From the NCBI GenBank assembly GCA_965277405.1, contig OZ255726.1, forward strand, positions 1,536,001 through 1,600,000: a DNA stretch of 64,000 bases, in the 5' to 3' direction. The translations under genes were made by a program, and so were the position numbers. The notes below the pieces were generated by a model that worked only from the letters and a program-made list of their open reading frames with translations, had not been told where the DNA came from and did not search any database. The DNA is from Gammaproteobacteria bacterium. Its GTDB lineage: Bacteria; Pseudomonadota; Gammaproteobacteria; G965277405. Below, in pieces: positions 41,471 through 51,506 of the stretch (position 1 is its first letter; every line of letters starts with the position of its first letter).

Positions 41471-42838
41471 ATGTCAGGCAATCTAACTTTTCCCAAACTA
41501 CAGCAAGCATTCAAAGACGGTGCAATTGATACAGTGATTGTGGCGATGGTAGATATGCAAGGCAGGCTGATGGGAAAGCGCTTCCATGCAGCAAATTTTA
41601 TTGAGACAGCGCATACCCAGACCCATACATGCAATTATTTACTGGCGACAGATTATGCAATGGCAACCGTGGCCGGATACGCAGCAACATCGTGGTCACA
41701 AGGGTATGGCGACTATACCATGAAGCCAGATATGGCGACGCTGCGCTATGTGCCATGGCTTGAAAAAACTGCGCTGGTCCTGTGTGACACCTATGATCAT
41801 CACGGCAACAAGCCAATCGAACATGCCCCGCGCACCATGCTAAAACAACAAATTAAGCGCCTCCAAGCCATGGGGATGCAAGCAAAAATGGCATCTGAAT
41901 TAGAATTCTTTTTATTTCAACAAAGCTATGAGCAGGCTTTACAGCAAAGTTATTTAAGCATGGAGTTTATGAGTGGTCAAAATGAAGACTACCATGTTTT
42001 TCAGACCAGCAAAGAAGAGCAGGTTATGCGCGCGATTCGCAACGGATTATACGGCGCAGGGATTGACGTTGAATGCTCAAAAGGCGAGGCATCTGCTGGA
42101 CAAGAAGAGATAAATGTTAAATATGACTACGCATTGATTGCCGCTGACAACCATGTAATAATAAAAAACGCATGCAAAGAAATAGCATGGGGAAAAGGTC
42201 AGGCAGTGACATTCATGGCAAAGTGGCATAACGGCTCGGCAGGGTCGTCATCCCATGTGCATCAGTCGTTGTGGAGCCCCGCAGGTGAACCACTTTTCTA
42301 TGACGCGGATCAGCAATACGGGATGTCGCAGACCATGCAACACTACGTTGCAGGATTATTACAACATAGTAGTGCAATGACATATTTCCTTGCCCCGAAT
42401 ATTAACTCGTACAAACGCTTTGTCCCTGGCTCTTTTGCGCCAACGCAAGCGGTGTGGAGTCTCGATAACCGCACAGCAGGATATCGTGTATGCGGTGATT
42501 CTAGCCAAGGCATTCGCATTGAATGCAGAGTTGGCGGGTCAGACTTAAACCCATATTTAGCATTCGCCGCACTGCTTGCAGCTGGGATTGATGGCATGCA
42601 AAACAACCGCGAACTTGGTGCAGAATGTAGCGGCGATGCATATGCAAACAGTGACATAGCAGCTATTCCCTCCACACTTGATGCCGCAATTACTCAGTTA
42701 CGCGCTTCCAACGTATACCGTCAAGCATTTGGAGACGCTGTAGTCGATCATTATTGCCGTGCGGGGGAATGGGAGATACAGCAACACCAACAAAGCGTCA
42801 CAGATTGGGAGGTCAAACGTGGTTTTGAGCAAGCATAG
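41471..42838 (+). CDS. Glutamine synthetase-like protein (gamma-glutamyl-amine ligase subfamily)
   Basis: VDMQGRLMGKR, ASELEFFLF, GQEEIN, TFMAK, GSSSHVHQSL, NSYKRF, DNRTAGYR and RIECRVGGSDLNPYL motifs. Confidence 0.9.
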   Translation: MSGNLTFPKLQQAFKDGAIDTVIVAMVDMQGRLMGKRFHAANFIETAHTQTHTCNYLLATDYAMATVAGYAATSWSQGYGDYTMKPDMATLRYVPWLEKTALVLCDTYDHHGNKPIEHAPRTMLKQQIKRLQAMGMQAKMASELEFFLFQQSYEQALQQSYLSMEFMSGQNEDYHVFQTSKEEQVMRAIRNGLYGAGIDVECSKGEASAGQEEINVKYDYALIAADNHVIIKNACKEIAWGKGQAVTFMAKWHNGSAGSSSHVHQSLWSPAGEPLFYDADQQYGMSQTMQHYVAGLLQHSSAMTYFLAPNINSYKRFVPGSFAPTQAVWSLDNRTAGYRVCGDSSQGIRIECRVGGSDLNPYLAFAALLAAGIDGMQNNRELGAECSGDAYANSDIAAIPSTLDAAITQLRASNVYRQAFGDAVVDHYCRAGEWEIQQHQQSVTDWEVKRGFEQA

Positions 42839-42868
42839 CAGCCACAATACCCAATATTGATGCGTTAT

Positions 42869-42941
42869 TTACAGCTTATTACAGCTTATTACATTACAGC
42901 TTACAGCCAGCTACAGCCAGCTACAGCCAGCTACAGCCAGC
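42869..42941. repeat. Compound 10-bp tandem repeats: TTACAGCTTA x2, then TACAGCCAGC x4
   Basis: Read directly from the sequence, just downstream of the GS-like gene. Confidence 0.9.
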
Positions 42942-42988
42942 AAAAAACTGCATGTAGCTATCATCCAAGCAACAGCACCTTAACCTAT

Positions 42989-43095
42989 GGAAACTCTGAT
43001 TAACGCGCTGATGGAGCGAGTTTGCCTGCAATTGCTGCTGATGGCAAGGCGCAAACCGCTGCGCGCATGACCTAGCGATACGCCAAGGGATGCTA
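42989..43095. mobile_element. Partial MITE copy (one end, ~105 bp)
   Basis: GGAAACTCTGATTAACGCGCTGATGGAGCGAGTTTGCCTGCAATTGCTG...CGCCAAGGGATGC matches the left part of the copies at 57063 and 60635. Confidence 0.85.
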
Positions 43096-43277
43096 CCACT
43101 AGCCCCTGTTTGGAAAAAGATTTTTACCCAGACCTGCCAACGTCATACGCAGATGGTGTTTTCAAGTATAATAATGGCAGTGAAATTTCTATACAACCGT
43201 CGAATACTCTGTATTTTTTTGTATTCTGCTCATCACTACAATCTTATACAATCTTATTTTAAATACTGGAGTACATC

Positions 43278-44498
43278 TTGAGTATGAACAACATCAACAA
43301 AATTGTCCTCGCTTATTCTGGCGGGCTGGATACTTCAGTCATCGCCAAGTGGCTGATGGACACGTATCAAGCTGAAATCATCACTTTTACGGCGAATATT
43401 GGTCAAGGAGAAGAGGTTGAGCAGGCGCGAGCAAAAGCGCAGCAGCTTGGCATTGATAATATCTATATTGAAGACCTGCAAGAGGAATTTGTTCGTGACT
43501 TTGTCTACCCGATGTTGCGCGCCAATGCGCTTTACGAAGGTGAGTATTTGCTCGGCACTGCGATTGCACGACCATTGATTGCCAAGCGACTAATTGCGAT
43601 TGCTGCTGCACATAACGCTGAGGCAATTGCCCATGGTGCCACTGGCAAAGGCAATGACCAAGTACGCTTTGAATTGAATGCGTATGCATTGAATCCAAAC
43701 ATTCAAGTCGTCGCACCTTGGCGTGAGTGGGATTTAAATTCCCGCAGCTCGCTATTAGCGTATTGCCAACAACATGGGATTGCTGTCGAGCAACAACGTG
43801 ACGATAAACCTCCATATTCGACCGATGCAAACCTGCTGCATACTTCGTTTGAAGGTGGTCAACTTGAAGACCCAAACACAACCGCTCCTGAAAACATGTG
43901 GCAACGCACCGTATCTATTGAAAACGCCCCTAATCAAAGTGAGGATATCGCCATCACTTTTGACCAAGGCGATGCGGTTCGATTGCACGATACCCCATTC
44001 ACCCCGGCGCAATTACTCACTGAGTTAAACCTGATAGCAGGCAAACATGGTGTAGGTCGTGCAGATATTGTTGAAAACAGATACGTAGGGATGAAGTCGC
44101 GCGGCTGCTATGAAACCCCAGGCGGGACAGTATTGTTAAAAGCACACCGGGCGATTGAGTCAATAACGCTTGACAGAGAACAAGCCCATTTGAAAGATTC
44201 ATTGATGCCACGCTACGCTGAAATGATTTATAACGGCTATTGGTTTGCCCCAGAACGCCACAGCCTGCAGCAATTGATCGATCATACCCAGCACAACGTT
44301 AATGGTGTGGTGCGGCTACGCATTTATAAAGGCAACGTGATTGTGCTTGGACGCAGCTCGCCAAACAGCTTGTATGACGCCAATATTGCCAGTTTTGAAG
44401 CAGACCAGGGCGCGTATAACCAACAAGACGCCGCAGGGTTTATTCGCTTACACGCGCTGCGCCTCAAACTGCAACATAACAGTCGCGGTGGTCAATAG
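43278..44498 (+). CDS. argG: Argininosuccinate synthase
   Basis: [24 protein letters not shown] and [18 protein letters not shown] motifs. GGAG precedes TTG 43278; alternative ATG at 43284. Confidence 0.97.
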   Translation: MSMNNINKIVLAYSGGLDTSVIAKWLMDTYQAEIITFTANIGQGEEVEQARAKAQQLGIDNIYIEDLQEEFVRDFVYPMLRANALYEGEYLLGTAIARPLIAKRLIAIAAAHNAEAIAHGATGKGNDQVRFELNAYALNPNIQVVAPWREWDLNSRSSLLAYCQQHGIAVEQQRDDKPPYSTDANLLHTSFEGGQLEDPNTTAPENMWQRTVSIENAPNQSEDIAITFDQGDAVRLHDTPFTPAQLLTELNLIAGKHGVGRADIVENRYVGMKSRGCYETPGGTVLLKAHRAIESITLDREQAHLKDSLMPRYAEMIYNGYWFAPERHSLQQLIDHTQHNVNGVVRLRIYKGNVIVLGRSSPNSLYDANIASFEADQGAYNQQDAAGFIRLHALRLKLQHNSRGGQ

Positions 44499-44525
44499 AG
44501 GTGGAAATTACGCTGGCTACGCTAA

Positions 44526-44806
44526 GGAAGTTCTGATTAAGTCCATGACGGGCGAGACGGAGAAAAAACGCTGATGATAACTAGACTCAGTGCGCAGATA
44601 ATACTGGTGGTATTATCAAGTGCTGCAACGACGTTAGCGCAGCGTTTTTTCCCGTCCTTCTGTTGAATATACTTTGGGTTTGCTGCCATTGCTGCGCTTG
44701 CTGTGTTGCATCCCTTTGCGTATATGCTACGGCATGCGCTTAGCGCCTTGCAATCATCAGCAATGGCAGGCAAACTCGCTCCATCAGCGACTTAATCAGA
44801 GGTTCC
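44526..44806. mobile_element. Full-length MITE (281 bp), IS5-related
   Basis: Terminal inverted repeats GGAAGTTCTGATTAAGTC / GACTTAATCAGAGGTTCC, flanked by a CTAA direct repeat (44522-44525 and 44807-44810). No transposase. Near-identical to 57063-57346 in reverse orientation. Confidence 0.93.
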
Positions 44807-44902
44807 CTAACATCCAATACTTCCTACCGCCAATTGAAATCTTGTCGCTGTTTCATATTTGGTGGAATGGGATAGTTGGGAGTGTGTGGTATCAGCTTTA
44901 CT

Positions 44903-45493
44903 ATGGATAACGTGACTATGGATAACGCGCCACGACAGCCAATAATCGCTGGAGTAGATGAAGCTGGTCGTGGCCCATTAGCCGGGGCAGTATATGCCGC
45001 TGCGGTGGTGCTCGACCCTACGCATCCGCTGCAAGGCTTAGCAGATTCAAAAAAATTATCGGCGGCAAAACGCGCAACGTTGCGGGTGCAAATCCAGCAA
45101 CACGCGCTTGACTGGTGCATTGCCAGTGCCAGCGTTGCAGAAATTGACACGCTTAATATTCTGCAAGCAACCTTACTGGCGATGCGGCGTGCCGTTGCTG
45201 GACTATTAACTATACCACAGCAAATCCTTGTTGATGGTAATGCCAATCCAGCCAAACATGACCCGCGCTTTGTATGCCATGTTAGCGGAGATGCAACGTT
45301 TGCCTGCATTAGCGCGGCATCTATTTTGGCGAAAACAGAGCGTGATGCAGCAATGCTGGTGCTCGATAGCTATTATCCACAATATGGGTTTGCTCAACAC
45401 AAGGGCTATCCGACAGCTGTGCATCGCCAGAATATTGCAGCATATGGCGCTAGTATTGTGCATCGTCACAGTTTTCGTTTAACGAAAGCCTGA
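44903..45493 (+). CDS. rnhB: Ribonuclease HII (start ATG 44903 or 44918)
   Basis: AGVDEAGRGPLAG, DSKKLS, ISAASILAK and HKGYPT motifs. Confidence 0.96.
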   Translation: MDNVTMDNAPRQPIIAGVDEAGRGPLAGAVYAAAVVLDPTHPLQGLADSKKLSAAKRATLRVQIQQHALDWCIASASVAEIDTLNILQATLLAMRRAVAGLLTIPQQILVDGNANPAKHDPRFVCHVSGDATFACISAASILAKTERDAAMLVLDSYYPQYGFAQHKGYPTAVHRQNIAAYGASIVHRHSFRLTKA

Positions 45494-45502
45494 TGAAATC
45501 AA

Positions 45503-45548
45503 GCAATTGCAACAAACTCGCCCCGTCAGCGCGTTAATCAGCAGTTGC
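45503..45548. mobile_element. Degenerate MITE end remnant just after rnhB
   Basis: GCAATTGCAACAAACTCGCCCCGTCAGCGCGTTAATCAGCAGTTGC resembles the end of the 44526 copy (GCAATGGCAGGCAAACTCGCTCCATCAGCGACTTAATCAGAGGTTCC). Confidence 0.7.
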
Positions 45549-45677
45549 GAATGGATGCTTGGCAGATAGCACATCTACTAAGATGTTGGCTCGCTTGCTG
45601 GATGATTCCAATATGATGCAAAATTGCGTTGCAATCATCAAGATTGGTTTGCGCATTCGCTTGAATAAGAAGGTATT

Positions 45678-46712
45678 ATGCCAGCTATGATTAAAACTGA
45701 TGTTGTCGTTATTGGTGCTGGCCCTTGCGGTATTTTCCAAATTTTCGAGCTGGGTATTCATGGGCTGCAAGTCCATGTTGTAGAAACCTTAGCCGTAGCA
45801 GGCGGACAATGCGCCGAACTGTATCCTGATAAACCTATTTACGACATCCCCGCTTTGCCAGTATGCAGCGCCCAAGAACTGACTGACCGGCTCCTCGAAC
45901 AAGTAGCGCCGTTCAACCCTGTATTTCACTTTAATCAGGAAGCTGTCGCTATCACCAAAAATGCTGATGGTAGCTGGATTGTCCACACCAATGCTGCCAA
46001 CAGCATTCAGTGCAAGGCCGTTGTTATTGCCGCAGGTGTTGGTGCATTTCAACCAGTGAAGTTAGCACTTGATGGTATAGATGCTTTTACCAACACTCAA
46101 TTATTCTATCGAATCATCAACCCTGCTGCGCATCATGGCAAGCAGCTTGTGGTATTTGGTGGTGGTGACTCCGCGCTTGATTGGGCGTTAGCACTCGCTA
46201 AGCATAGCTTTGTCACCTTAGTCCATCGCAGCAATTCTTTTAAAGCGCAGCAAGCATCCATCGATGCAATGCAAGCACTGTGTGCGGCCGATAAAATGGC
46301 ATGTGTCATCGGCACTGCGCAGGGGTATACCACCAACTCCGCTGGTAAAATCACCGCGGTGATTCTCCAAAGTGCCAGCGGTGCACAGTCCATTCCTTGT
46401 CAGCATATTCTTTGTTTTTACGGACTGTTACCAAAAATCGGCGCAATTGAACATTGGGGGTTAAAGATTGATAAGCGTAAGATTGTGGTTGATACAGAGC
46501 ATTTTGTCTCCTCGTCAGCAGGAATTTATGCCGTTGGTGATATTAATACGTATCCTGGGAAAAAGAAACTAATTCTTTCGGGGTTTCACGAGGCTGCATT
46601 AGTGGCTTTTTCGATTAAACAAATGCTTGAACCTAAAAAAAAGGTACACTTACAATACACAACAACTAGCCCAGCAATTCAAAAGCGTCTTGGGGTATAC
46701 TCCGATAAATAG
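45678..46712 (+). CDS. Thioredoxin-reductase-like ferredoxin--NADP(+) reductase
   Basis: GAGPCG FAD motif, GGQCAELYPDKPIYDIP, GGGDSALDW, GDINTYPGKKKLILSGFHEAA and a C-terminal YTTTS. Confidence 0.9.
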   Translation: MPAMIKTDVVVIGAGPCGIFQIFELGIHGLQVHVVETLAVAGGQCAELYPDKPIYDIPALPVCSAQELTDRLLEQVAPFNPVFHFNQEAVAITKNADGSWIVHTNAANSIQCKAVVIAAGVGAFQPVKLALDGIDAFTNTQLFYRIINPAAHHGKQLVVFGGGDSALDWALALAKHSFVTLVHRSNSFKAQQASIDAMQALCAADKMACVIGTAQGYTTNSAGKITAVILQSASGAQSIPCQHILCFYGLLPKIGAIEHWGLKIDKRKIVVDTEHFVSSSAGIYAVGDINTYPGKKKLILSGFHEAALVAFSIKQMLEPKKKVHLQYTTTSPAIQKRLGVYSDK

Positions 46713-46736
46713 CAGTATTTCAACCAGAATATCAAC

Positions 46737-47363
46737 ATGGCAAAAGATTTTTTCTTACAACAATGCGATACAGCGCTCAAAGTACTCAGCAACGTAGCAA
46801 CTGGAACCAACAGACCTAGCCCTGCAAGCGGTGTCGCAGCAACAGCGTTGTCGACGCAGCAAAAAAAAATTGCGGGACAACTGATGCGGATAAATCATTG
46901 TGGTGAAGTCTGCGCTCAAGGTCTATATCAAGGGCAATTAGTAGGAGCGTCAAAACCCGAAATTCGCGAGCATTTGCAAGCCGCTGCAAAAGAAGAAATT
47001 GACCACCTAATTTGGTGCAAACAACGCTTAAACGAAGTCGGGGCAAAGCCCAGTGTATTGAACCCGTTGTGGTATGCAAGCTCGTTTGTGCTAGGAGCGG
47101 TCACCAGTTTGATTAGTGACCGCGTTAGCCTTGGTTTTGTTGAGGCAACAGAGAGCCAAGTCATTAGTCATTTACAACATCATCAACAAATATTGCCGCC
47201 AAAAGATAAAAGAACCCACGCGATTATCGAAGAAATGATACTCGAAGAAGAACGTCACGGACAACAGGCTATTGACGCTGGTGGCACCAGATATCCAGTG
47301 GCTATTAAACGCATAATGGCAGTGCTGGCGAAAACAATGACTGCCACGACTAAATGGATATAG
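46737..47363 (+). CDS. coq7: Demethoxyubiquinone hydroxylase (Coq7, di-iron)
   Basis: MRINHCGEVCAQGLYQGQ, EEIDHLIWC, LNPLWY and EEERHG motifs. Confidence 0.94.
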   Translation: MAKDFFLQQCDTALKVLSNVATGTNRPSPASGVAATALSTQQKKIAGQLMRINHCGEVCAQGLYQGQLVGASKPEIREHLQAAAKEEIDHLIWCKQRLNEVGAKPSVLNPLWYASSFVLGAVTSLISDRVSLGFVEATESQVISHLQHHQQILPPKDKRTHAIIEEMILEEERHGQQAIDAGGTRYPVAIKRIMAVLAKTMTATTKWI

Positions 47364-47395
47364 CTGCATGGATATAGCTGCATGGATATAGCTGC
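47354..47395 (+). repeat. 14-bp tandem repeat (ATGGATATAGCTGC)x3 spanning the coq7 stop and the next start codon
   Basis: Read directly from the sequence. Confidence 0.95.
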
Positions 47396-48056
47396 GCAAC
47401 GTTCACCATTTGTTGATAACGTTCGCGGTTGGGCTGTTATCAATATGGTGGTATTTCATGCAATTTGGTTTGCTGCATTCACCGAGTTATTACCAAAGAG
47501 TATTCGTTTTGAGCGCTGGTATGACATCTGGGGGGAATGTATTTTAGCGGTATTTTTATTTTGCATGGGCTGGGGATTTTCACTTGCCAACGCCAATGGC
47601 ATACAGATACAAAAATTTTTGCGGCAATGGCTCAAAGTAGCCGCAGCCGCAGTTGCCATCACAGCCGCATCATATTGGTTTGCACCTAGTTATTTTATTT
47701 GGTTTGGAGTACTTCATTCCATGCTGGCAAGCTTGCCATTGGCGCTGCTATTGCGCGCAGCACCGTTTGCGGCAATTGCAGTTGGGCTGGTGTTAATGAC
47801 ACCGTATGTTACTACGCTGAATCAATATGTTTTTCCACCGCTGAGCAGCAGTTTTGATCACGTTGGTCTTGCCCCTTGGTTTGGCATGATCGCCTTTGGC
47901 TTAGCAGCTGGTAACTGCTCGTTGCATACATGGAGACCAATCGGCATGCATACCGCTATTGCTTGGTGCGGCAGGCATTCGTTGCTTATTTACTTACTCC
48001 ACCCACTGGTGCTGCTGGTAACTGTCAAGGGGATGAACGCCGTGCTTGAGCACTAA
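47382..48056 (+). CDS. DUF1624 / heparan-alpha-glucosaminide N-acetyltransferase-like membrane protein
   Basis: DNVRGWAVINMVVFH, FIWFGVLH and GRHSLLIYLLHP motifs; multiple hydrophobic segments. Confidence 0.82.
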   Translation: MDIAAQRSPFVDNVRGWAVINMVVFHAIWFAAFTELLPKSIRFERWYDIWGECILAVFLFCMGWGFSLANANGIQIQKFLRQWLKVAAAAVAITAASYWFAPSYFIWFGVLHSMLASLPLALLLRAAPFAAIAVGLVLMTPYVTTLNQYVFPPLSSSFDHVGLAPWFGMIAFGLAAGNCSLHTWRPIGMHTAIAWCGRHSLLIYLLHPLVLLVTVKGMNAVLEH

Positions 48057-48131
48057 AACCGTCGGTAATGTGCTAACAAGGAAGCTCTGTCAGTAGCTAA
48101 AATTAGCCGCAATATGCCAAGCTGGATGTGG

Positions 48132-49127
48132 TTATCTACGTTGAATGCCGCGTGCTGTTGTTTGGATAACTCCGCTCACCTCAAGCTCGAATAGTTTTTC
48201 TTGCAGTGCTATTACTTCATAACCTGTATGCTGCAATAGCTCTGCAAAGCTGATGGGCGCATCACCAATGGCACTTAGCACCGCGCATGGTGTTGCTGGT
48301 TGTTTTGGTATCGGCTTTGGTATCGGCTTTGGTATCTGCTTTGGTATAGTTAGTGGCGCTGCTATTGTGGCGTTCAGCAGCAATGCATGAGTACGCACTA
48401 TCGGCGCAATAAACTCGTGAACTTCTGCTGGAGATTCAACCAACACCGCGCCATCACGAATCAATTGATTGCAGCCTTGCGCATATACATTATCTATTGA
48501 CCCAGGTAGCACAAACACATCGCGATTTTGTTCTAATGCAGCGCGGGCACTCGTCAATGAACCGCTTTTTACTGCGGCCTCAACAATAATCACTGCCACA
48601 CACATGCCAGTAATAATGCGATTGCGTTTTGGAAAGCGCCAGGGGAGGGGGGGTGTTCCAAGCGGGAATTCGCTGATAATACAACCTTTTTCAGCAATGC
48701 GTTGGTAGAGCGTTGTATGGCATTTGGGATAGATTATATCGATGCCACAACCAAGCACAGCAACTGTTGTGCCGGTACTGAGCGCACCATGATGCGCACT
48801 ACCATCAACACCGATGGCCATACCGCTGACAACAACATATCCTAATGCGCTTAAATGCGCGGCAAAATCACGGGCATGGCGTAGCCCAACCGCAGTACCG
48901 TGGCGGCTACCAACGATGGCAATACTAGGTTGTAATAGCTGGTTGGTATCTCCATTGCCAAACAACACCGCTGGAGGCGCGGGTATTTCTCGCAGCATTG
49001 GCGGATACAATGGATCGTCTACACACAATAACTGATGTTGTGGTTGCGCTAGCCATTGCTGTGTTTGCGCAATATGCGCGGGAGAATAGCCAGAACGGCG
49101 CAAGGCCTGTTGTTGTTGTGGTGTCAT
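48132..49127 (-). CDS. dprA: DNA-processing protein DprA/Smf
   Basis: AIVGSR, VVSGMAIGVDGSAH, FPKRNRII, VEAAVKSGSLTSA and GCNQLIRDGA motifs; winged-helix-like tail. Confidence 0.95.
   Translation of the reverse strand: MTPQQQQALRRSGYSPAHIAQTQQWLAQPQHQLLCVDDPLYPPMLREIPAPPAVLFGNGDTNQLLQPSIAIVGSRHGTAVGLRHARDFAAHLSALGYVVVSGMAIGVDGSAHHGALSTGTTVAVLGCGIDIIYPKCHTTLYQRIAEKGCIISEFPLGTPPLPWRFPKRNRIITGMCVAVIIVEAAVKSGSLTSARAALEQNRDVFVLPGSIDNVYAQGCNQLIRDGAVLVESPAEVHEFIAPIVRTHALLLNATIAAPLTIPKQIPKPIPKPIPKQPATPCAVLSAIGDAPISFAELLQHTGYEVIALQEKLFELEVSGVIQTTARGIQRR
48304..48347. repeat. In-frame 12-bp tandem repeat (TTTGGTATCGGC-like, ~3.7 copies) in the DprA linker (IPKQIPKPIPKPIPK)
   Basis: Read directly from the sequence. 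Confidence 0.85.
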
Positions 49128-49210
49128 CGCACTAGCATAAACACTAATACCCTAGTTGCAGACGCAATGCCTAATTGACTGGTACTTTAGGCATTTTGTG
49201 TTGCAGCTTG

Positions 49211-50353
49211 TTACCAACAAGCCTCCAGTAGGCGCGTGGTGTTTGCTACAGTCATCGCCACTGGGTTGCTGGCTGCGCAAGGGTCTTGTAGCGCAGCTGC
49301 GACTATTGTATCAATATCAATATCGTCAGTGCCTAACAGCGCGCTGATGGATTTGGGGATGCCAAGCGCGTGGTTTAACGTGCCGACATATTCACAAAAG
49401 CCGTCAAATCCTCCATCAATTTGTAAATATGCTGCTAATGCTGCAATCCGCGGGTGTATCACGCTGCGATTCATAGCGAGGACTGGTTGAATAAACACCG
49501 CATTTGTTGTCCCATGGTGGGCATGGTAGATTGCGCCAATTGGATGCGACACTGCGTGGATGGCTCCCAAACCTTTTTGAAATGCCACTGCTCCCATAGA
49601 TGCAGCAATCAACATCTGCTCTCGCGCCACAAGATTGCTACCATCGGTATACGCAGCGAGTAAGTTTTCCTTAACCAGCCGCATCCCTTCAATGGCGATG
49701 CCTTGAGACATTGGATGAAACGTCTTGGTGCAGTATGCCTCTAAGCAATGCGCAAAGGCATCCATCCCTGTTCCTGCTGTAATCTGTGGCGGCATACTAA
49801 CCGTCAGCTGCGCGTCAGCTATCACAATTCTCGGCATTATATTTGGATGAAAAATTATTTTTTTAGTAGCTGTTGCCGAATTCGTCAATATCCCAGATCG
49901 ACCAACCTCAGAGCCTGTCCCTGCGGTCGTAGGCACGGCAATAATTGGTGCAATCACGTTGGCGTTAGCACGTTGCCACCAATCGTCAATATCCTCAAGC
50001 TGCCATACGTCAATTGTCTGTTTTGCCATTAAAGCGACTAACTTGGCAACGTCAATCCCAGAACCACCACCAAGCGCAATCACTCCATCGTGGTTACCTG
50101 CTAAAAACTTGCTACAGCCGTGCGTTAAATTTTGTTCGGTTGGGTTCGCATCGACCGCACTAAACACCGCATATTTAATATGTGCGTCTGCTAACACAGT
50201 GCAGACGGTTTGCAGTAGCGGTAACGTTGCTAGTATTTTATCAGTGACAATCAACGGGTTGGCACAACCGATGGCAGTACATGCTGCGGATAGTTCTGCA
50301 ATACGACCAGAGCCAAAGAGAATTTTGGTAGGATAACTCCAATTTGCATGCAT
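49211..50353 (-). CDS. Iron-containing alcohol dehydrogenase
   Basis: GGGSGID, VPTTAGTGSE, GMDAFAHCLEA and GLGAIHAVSH motifs. Confidence 0.92.
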   Translation of the reverse strand: MHANWSYPTKILFGSGRIAELSAACTAIGCANPLIVTDKILATLPLLQTVCTVLADAHIKYAVFSAVDANPTEQNLTHGCSKFLAGNHDGVIALGGGSGIDVAKLVALMAKQTIDVWQLEDIDDWWQRANANVIAPIIAVPTTAGTGSEVGRSGILTNSATATKKIIFHPNIMPRIVIADAQLTVSMPPQITAGTGMDAFAHCLEAYCTKTFHPMSQGIAIEGMRLVKENLLAAYTDGSNLVAREQMLIAASMGAVAFQKGLGAIHAVSHPIGAIYHAHHGTTNAVFIQPVLAMNRSVIHPRIAALAAYLQIDGGFDGFCEYVGTLNHALGIPKSISALLGTDDIDIDTIVAAALQDPCAASNPVAMTVANTTRLLEACW

Positions 50354-50411
50354 TAGTTTTGCCCAGTAAATGAAACGGTTTTTTGGCTCGCTTGTTTGCT
50401 AGCCACGTTGA

Positions 50412-50441
50412 GGAAGCTCTGGTTAACTCCATCAAGGAGCG
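50412..50441. mobile_element. Solo degenerate MITE/IS5 terminal repeat
   Basis: GGAAGCTCTGGTTAACTCCATCAAGGAGCG versus consensus GGAAGCTCTGATTAAGTCCATGATGGGCG. Confidence 0.55.
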
Positions 50442-50689
50442 TGGGGGGGAGTGTCCTTCTTACTTTGTGTAGTTGTAATCAGTCTAGCACCTTGCAGCGT
50501 GAAGATAATCGTAGCGATGCAATAAACTGGATTCATCATATTGTCAATATGCTGTTTTACTGTTGTACTTGGATCCGTTGTTGGTAAATATGTTGCAATA
50601 TTTAATCGTGTGCTGGAACTTAGCGTGGCAATGTGGCAATGATGTGCATATTTGTGCCCCGTAGCATGACGACTGTCAGTGGCTACAAA

Positions 50690-51226
50690 TCAGCGCAGCA
50701 ACGCTTGTACGTGTTGGATAACTGCTTGAGCAGTTATAGTTGCCCCAGTCAAGCCATCAATTGTAGCGCCATCAACACTCAACTCCGCTTGGCTGCCAGT
50801 ATTTGGGCATTGTTGTAATTGCGCCAGCCATTTTGCTGTAAGTATACGTGCGCCGATTCCTGGTGTTTCTGCATGCTTAACTGCGCTAACGGCAATGATG
50901 CAACCAGTATCATTATTTATACCAATAAGCATCTCTATTGCTGCGGTGTATGCTTGAGCAGTCTGAGAATACAAAATGCGATATTTGCCCAACTGGTAGC
51001 TTGCAAGTATCTCGCCAAAATCGAGTTTTTGTGCTTGTTTGGTAAGCAATTGTAATTGCTTACCGGTTGCTTGTGGCAGCAACGCTTGTATTGCAGCATT
51101 TGTATGTGCTTTTTTTGCTGCGGTAAAACTAGGACGCAACGCTGTACCAATGGTAGCTAAACCTATAATGAGTGCCATGACCCATACCCCTGCAAAACAA
51201 TAGCGAAAATAGCGCATTTGATTCAA
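50690..51226 (-). CDS. rnfG: RnfG/RsxG-like FMN-binding membrane-anchored subunit (orphan)
   Basis: N-terminal TM helix; HAETPGIGARI; DGLTGATITAQAV flavinylation motif (S/T)GAT. Confidence 0.8.
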   Translation of the reverse strand: MNQMRYFRYCFAGVWVMALIIGLATIGTALRPSFTAAKKAHTNAAIQALLPQATGKQLQLLTKQAQKLDFGEILASYQLGKYRILYSQTAQAYTAAIEMLIGINNDTGCIIAVSAVKHAETPGIGARILTAKWLAQLQQCPNTGSQAELSVDGATIDGLTGATITAQAVIQHVQALLR

Positions 51227-51405
51227 GTGTATCCGTTGGCAAACAGGGGTGTTGGAAAAAATTCTTTTGCTTTATGCTTGCCGCATAGATTATTGGCAGG
51301 TCAGTAAAATTTTGCGGTGAACTGGTAGCGTTTGCTGACGCTAATCATAATTATTCAATACGTAGCTTATTTGCAACGGTGAGTTACTGCAATTATAGGT
51401 AATTG

Positions 51406-51450
51406 GGATAATGCCAAATCCAGTTATGGCTTGGCATTATCCATTTTTTT
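51406..51450. terminator. Hairpin (12-bp perfect outer stem) between nrdB and rnfG; possible intrinsic terminator
   Basis: GGATAATGCCAA...TTGGCATTATCC followed by ATTTTTTT on the + strand, ~60 bp past the nrdB stop. The T-tract is on the strand opposite nrdB. Confidence 0.5.
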
Positions 51451-51506
51451 ACAGATTCTGTGTGTACAAATATTATCAGCAGCACATGCAGAACGTGTCA
51501 AAACCA

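Noticed and set aside
42869-42941. Repeats after the GS-like gene considered as a CRISPR array
   Set aside because: The units are 10 bp, directly adjacent, with no spacers and no cas genes; this is a simple tandem repeat.
43099-43125. CTAG-CCCCTGTTTGGAAAAAG (and GAGGGTGTTGAAAA near 62865) considered as ends of other IS elements
   Set aside because: No partner inverted repeat or transposase trace was found; too short to support.
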